Assembly: GCA_036172245.1 (NCBI GenBank)
Contig: JAYWIR010000037.1
Location: forward strand, 868,001 to 932,000
Length of the DNA: 64,000 nucleotides
Origin: Raillietiella orientalis
Lineage: Eukaryota
Direction: 5' to 3'
Below, piece by piece: positions 62,401 through 64,000 of this stretch; position 1 is the first letter of the stretch, and every line of letters begins with the position of its first letter. The notes under the pieces are model-generated. The model made no database searches, had not been told where the DNA came from, and saw only the letters and a program-made list of their open reading frames with translations. Made by a program: the position numbers and the translations under genes.

Positions 62401-64000
62401 ACTCCAGTTGAAGTTCCGGTTCCAGCTAGAAACTCGTCCTGACGTTTGTTTTGAAAGCTTCTGATTGGGACATTTCAAAGGCTGCATGGAAGGGTGGTCA
62501 CACGCTTTGCGGACTCTTGCTCACGTCCACGGACATGCACAAGCGAACTGGTCAATTACGCAAGTGTACTCTTAAGGATCATGTAGTAGCTCATCGCTGT
62601 TAGCACAGATGAAACACATAGATTCATGATATGCACGCAGAACACAGGTATACACATAAGTGGGATTGGAGTGCATAGGCCACTTAGATCAATACGCACT
62701 AAAGTGTGACCGAGGACACATGGTCATGGTATCCAACTTGACGCATCATGTATTACTTTCGCATAATCGTTAATGCAGGACTGGCGAAACCGATATCTAA
62801 CACGAGCAACGGAAGAGCAGGATCGATGCAACATTTCCTGTCAAATTCCTTATGAAATCTCCAAATTTTGAGAGAGAAAAAAGCAGCACAGGTTACAGGT
62901 GGATTCTGAAACCTCGATATCCTAGTAATTTTTTCCCAACACGCTCGTCATTTTAATGCACTGAAGCTCGAGAGAAGACTAGTTTTGCTTTGAAAAAGAC
63001 AAATATCAACGCCATGTCAAAACATCTGACAGTCAACTTGACGCACCAGTCGCACGTAGCACGGAGATCATTTCACCCGCGCGTGGAAGTAGATCTGCAA
63101 TGCATAAATAGCTATGTAAAAAATGCATGCATCCATTAGTATGGGCTGCTTTCACGCTCGGATCACGGAAAGTGCCATGATTATTATCGCATTGACAGTT
63201 TCCACTGAAGTGTGTACAGTTGCCTGGAGTTTCGACCCTCGACCTGGAGTTTGCCACAGGCACACCTTGCGCCGATCCATCTAAACAAAAACTATCTAAA
63301 AAAAACTAAAACAAAAAATACTCAGAGACCGAAATCGAAGTCATTATAATTGATGGAGTAGAAACTTAAATCCAGCCTTCTGCTGAATTCGTCCCGACGA
63401 GACTGGACACGGAACTAAAATATGAACCTCAAATCGTTCTTTCATCTAAAAAATGCTGCAATCTTGGATCAGGACCGAGTTTTCGGTCATTGTCAGTCAA
63501 CCAAGTCGTTAAAAGCTATTTCTTCGAATCTTAATGAAAGCTTGCAAACAAAGGGCTCCATGCAACTCTGTCTTTAACCCTCCTTCATTGTTCGTGGTGG
63601 TTCTGACAGGTTCTGGCATTTCTGGACTTTTAAAGGTCTCCTTGCTGGCAGGAGAGGGGTGAGGAAAGAAGGGCCCCACGTCGCGAGACACATCTCGGAT
63701 AGAGAGACAGGTTGTGTGTTTTCTGCAACTGCAAATCTACGGTCAGGGAACGAACAATGAATTCATCCTGGATTTCCCGTTGCTCCATTTCTCCACAAGG
63801 CAAATGACTCATCCGAGATGACGATGAGCGAGTTAGATGGAGATAGCACAACATCTCTGTCGAGATGGTAACGTTTCCAAGATGGCACTTTTCTTCTTCC
63901 CGCATACCAGGAAGAACCTCCACTGAAAGTCTCCCGGGTAATATCTTTCCATGGGGAAACCGCTTGCATGCGAGTGCTTGTACTTGGGTGCTTCATGGAT

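Noticed and set aside
63650..64000. BEL/Pao integrase-like relic on -
   Set aside because: Vague resemblance only, and cut by the window edge.
1..64000. CRISPR arrays, rRNA genes, prokaryotic operons
   Set aside because: No regularly spaced repeat-spacer array or rRNA signature; the genes have spliceosomal introns.

Overview
Eukaryotic (animal, probably arthropod; inferred from a Dlish/Vamana orthologue) genomic DNA in two parts. Left (1-~40.5 kb): AT-rich and gene-dense. I rebuilt five spliced genes exon by exon: ARID4/hat-trick (-), CPSF2 (+), GINS1/Psf1 (-), MRPS15 (+) and Dlish (-), plus a decayed L1/Tx1-type LINE. Their introns are tiny: 35 of 40 are 39-53 nt, often with weak polypyrimidine tracts. 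Right (~40.5-64 kb): abruptly GC-richer, with no intact gene I can support. It reads as a mobile-element graveyard. The main object is a heavily decayed Maverick/Polinton-like endogenous virus (pPolB, major capsid, packaging ATPase, penton-like and integrase remnants, ~40.9-47.6 kb). Also present are an RLE-type non-LTR retrotransposon, a second integrase relic, a histone H4 pseudogene and a possible piggyBac relic. All fossil calls rest on by-eye motif order across frameshifts and stops, compared with consensus motifs recalled from memory, and need HMM confirmation.
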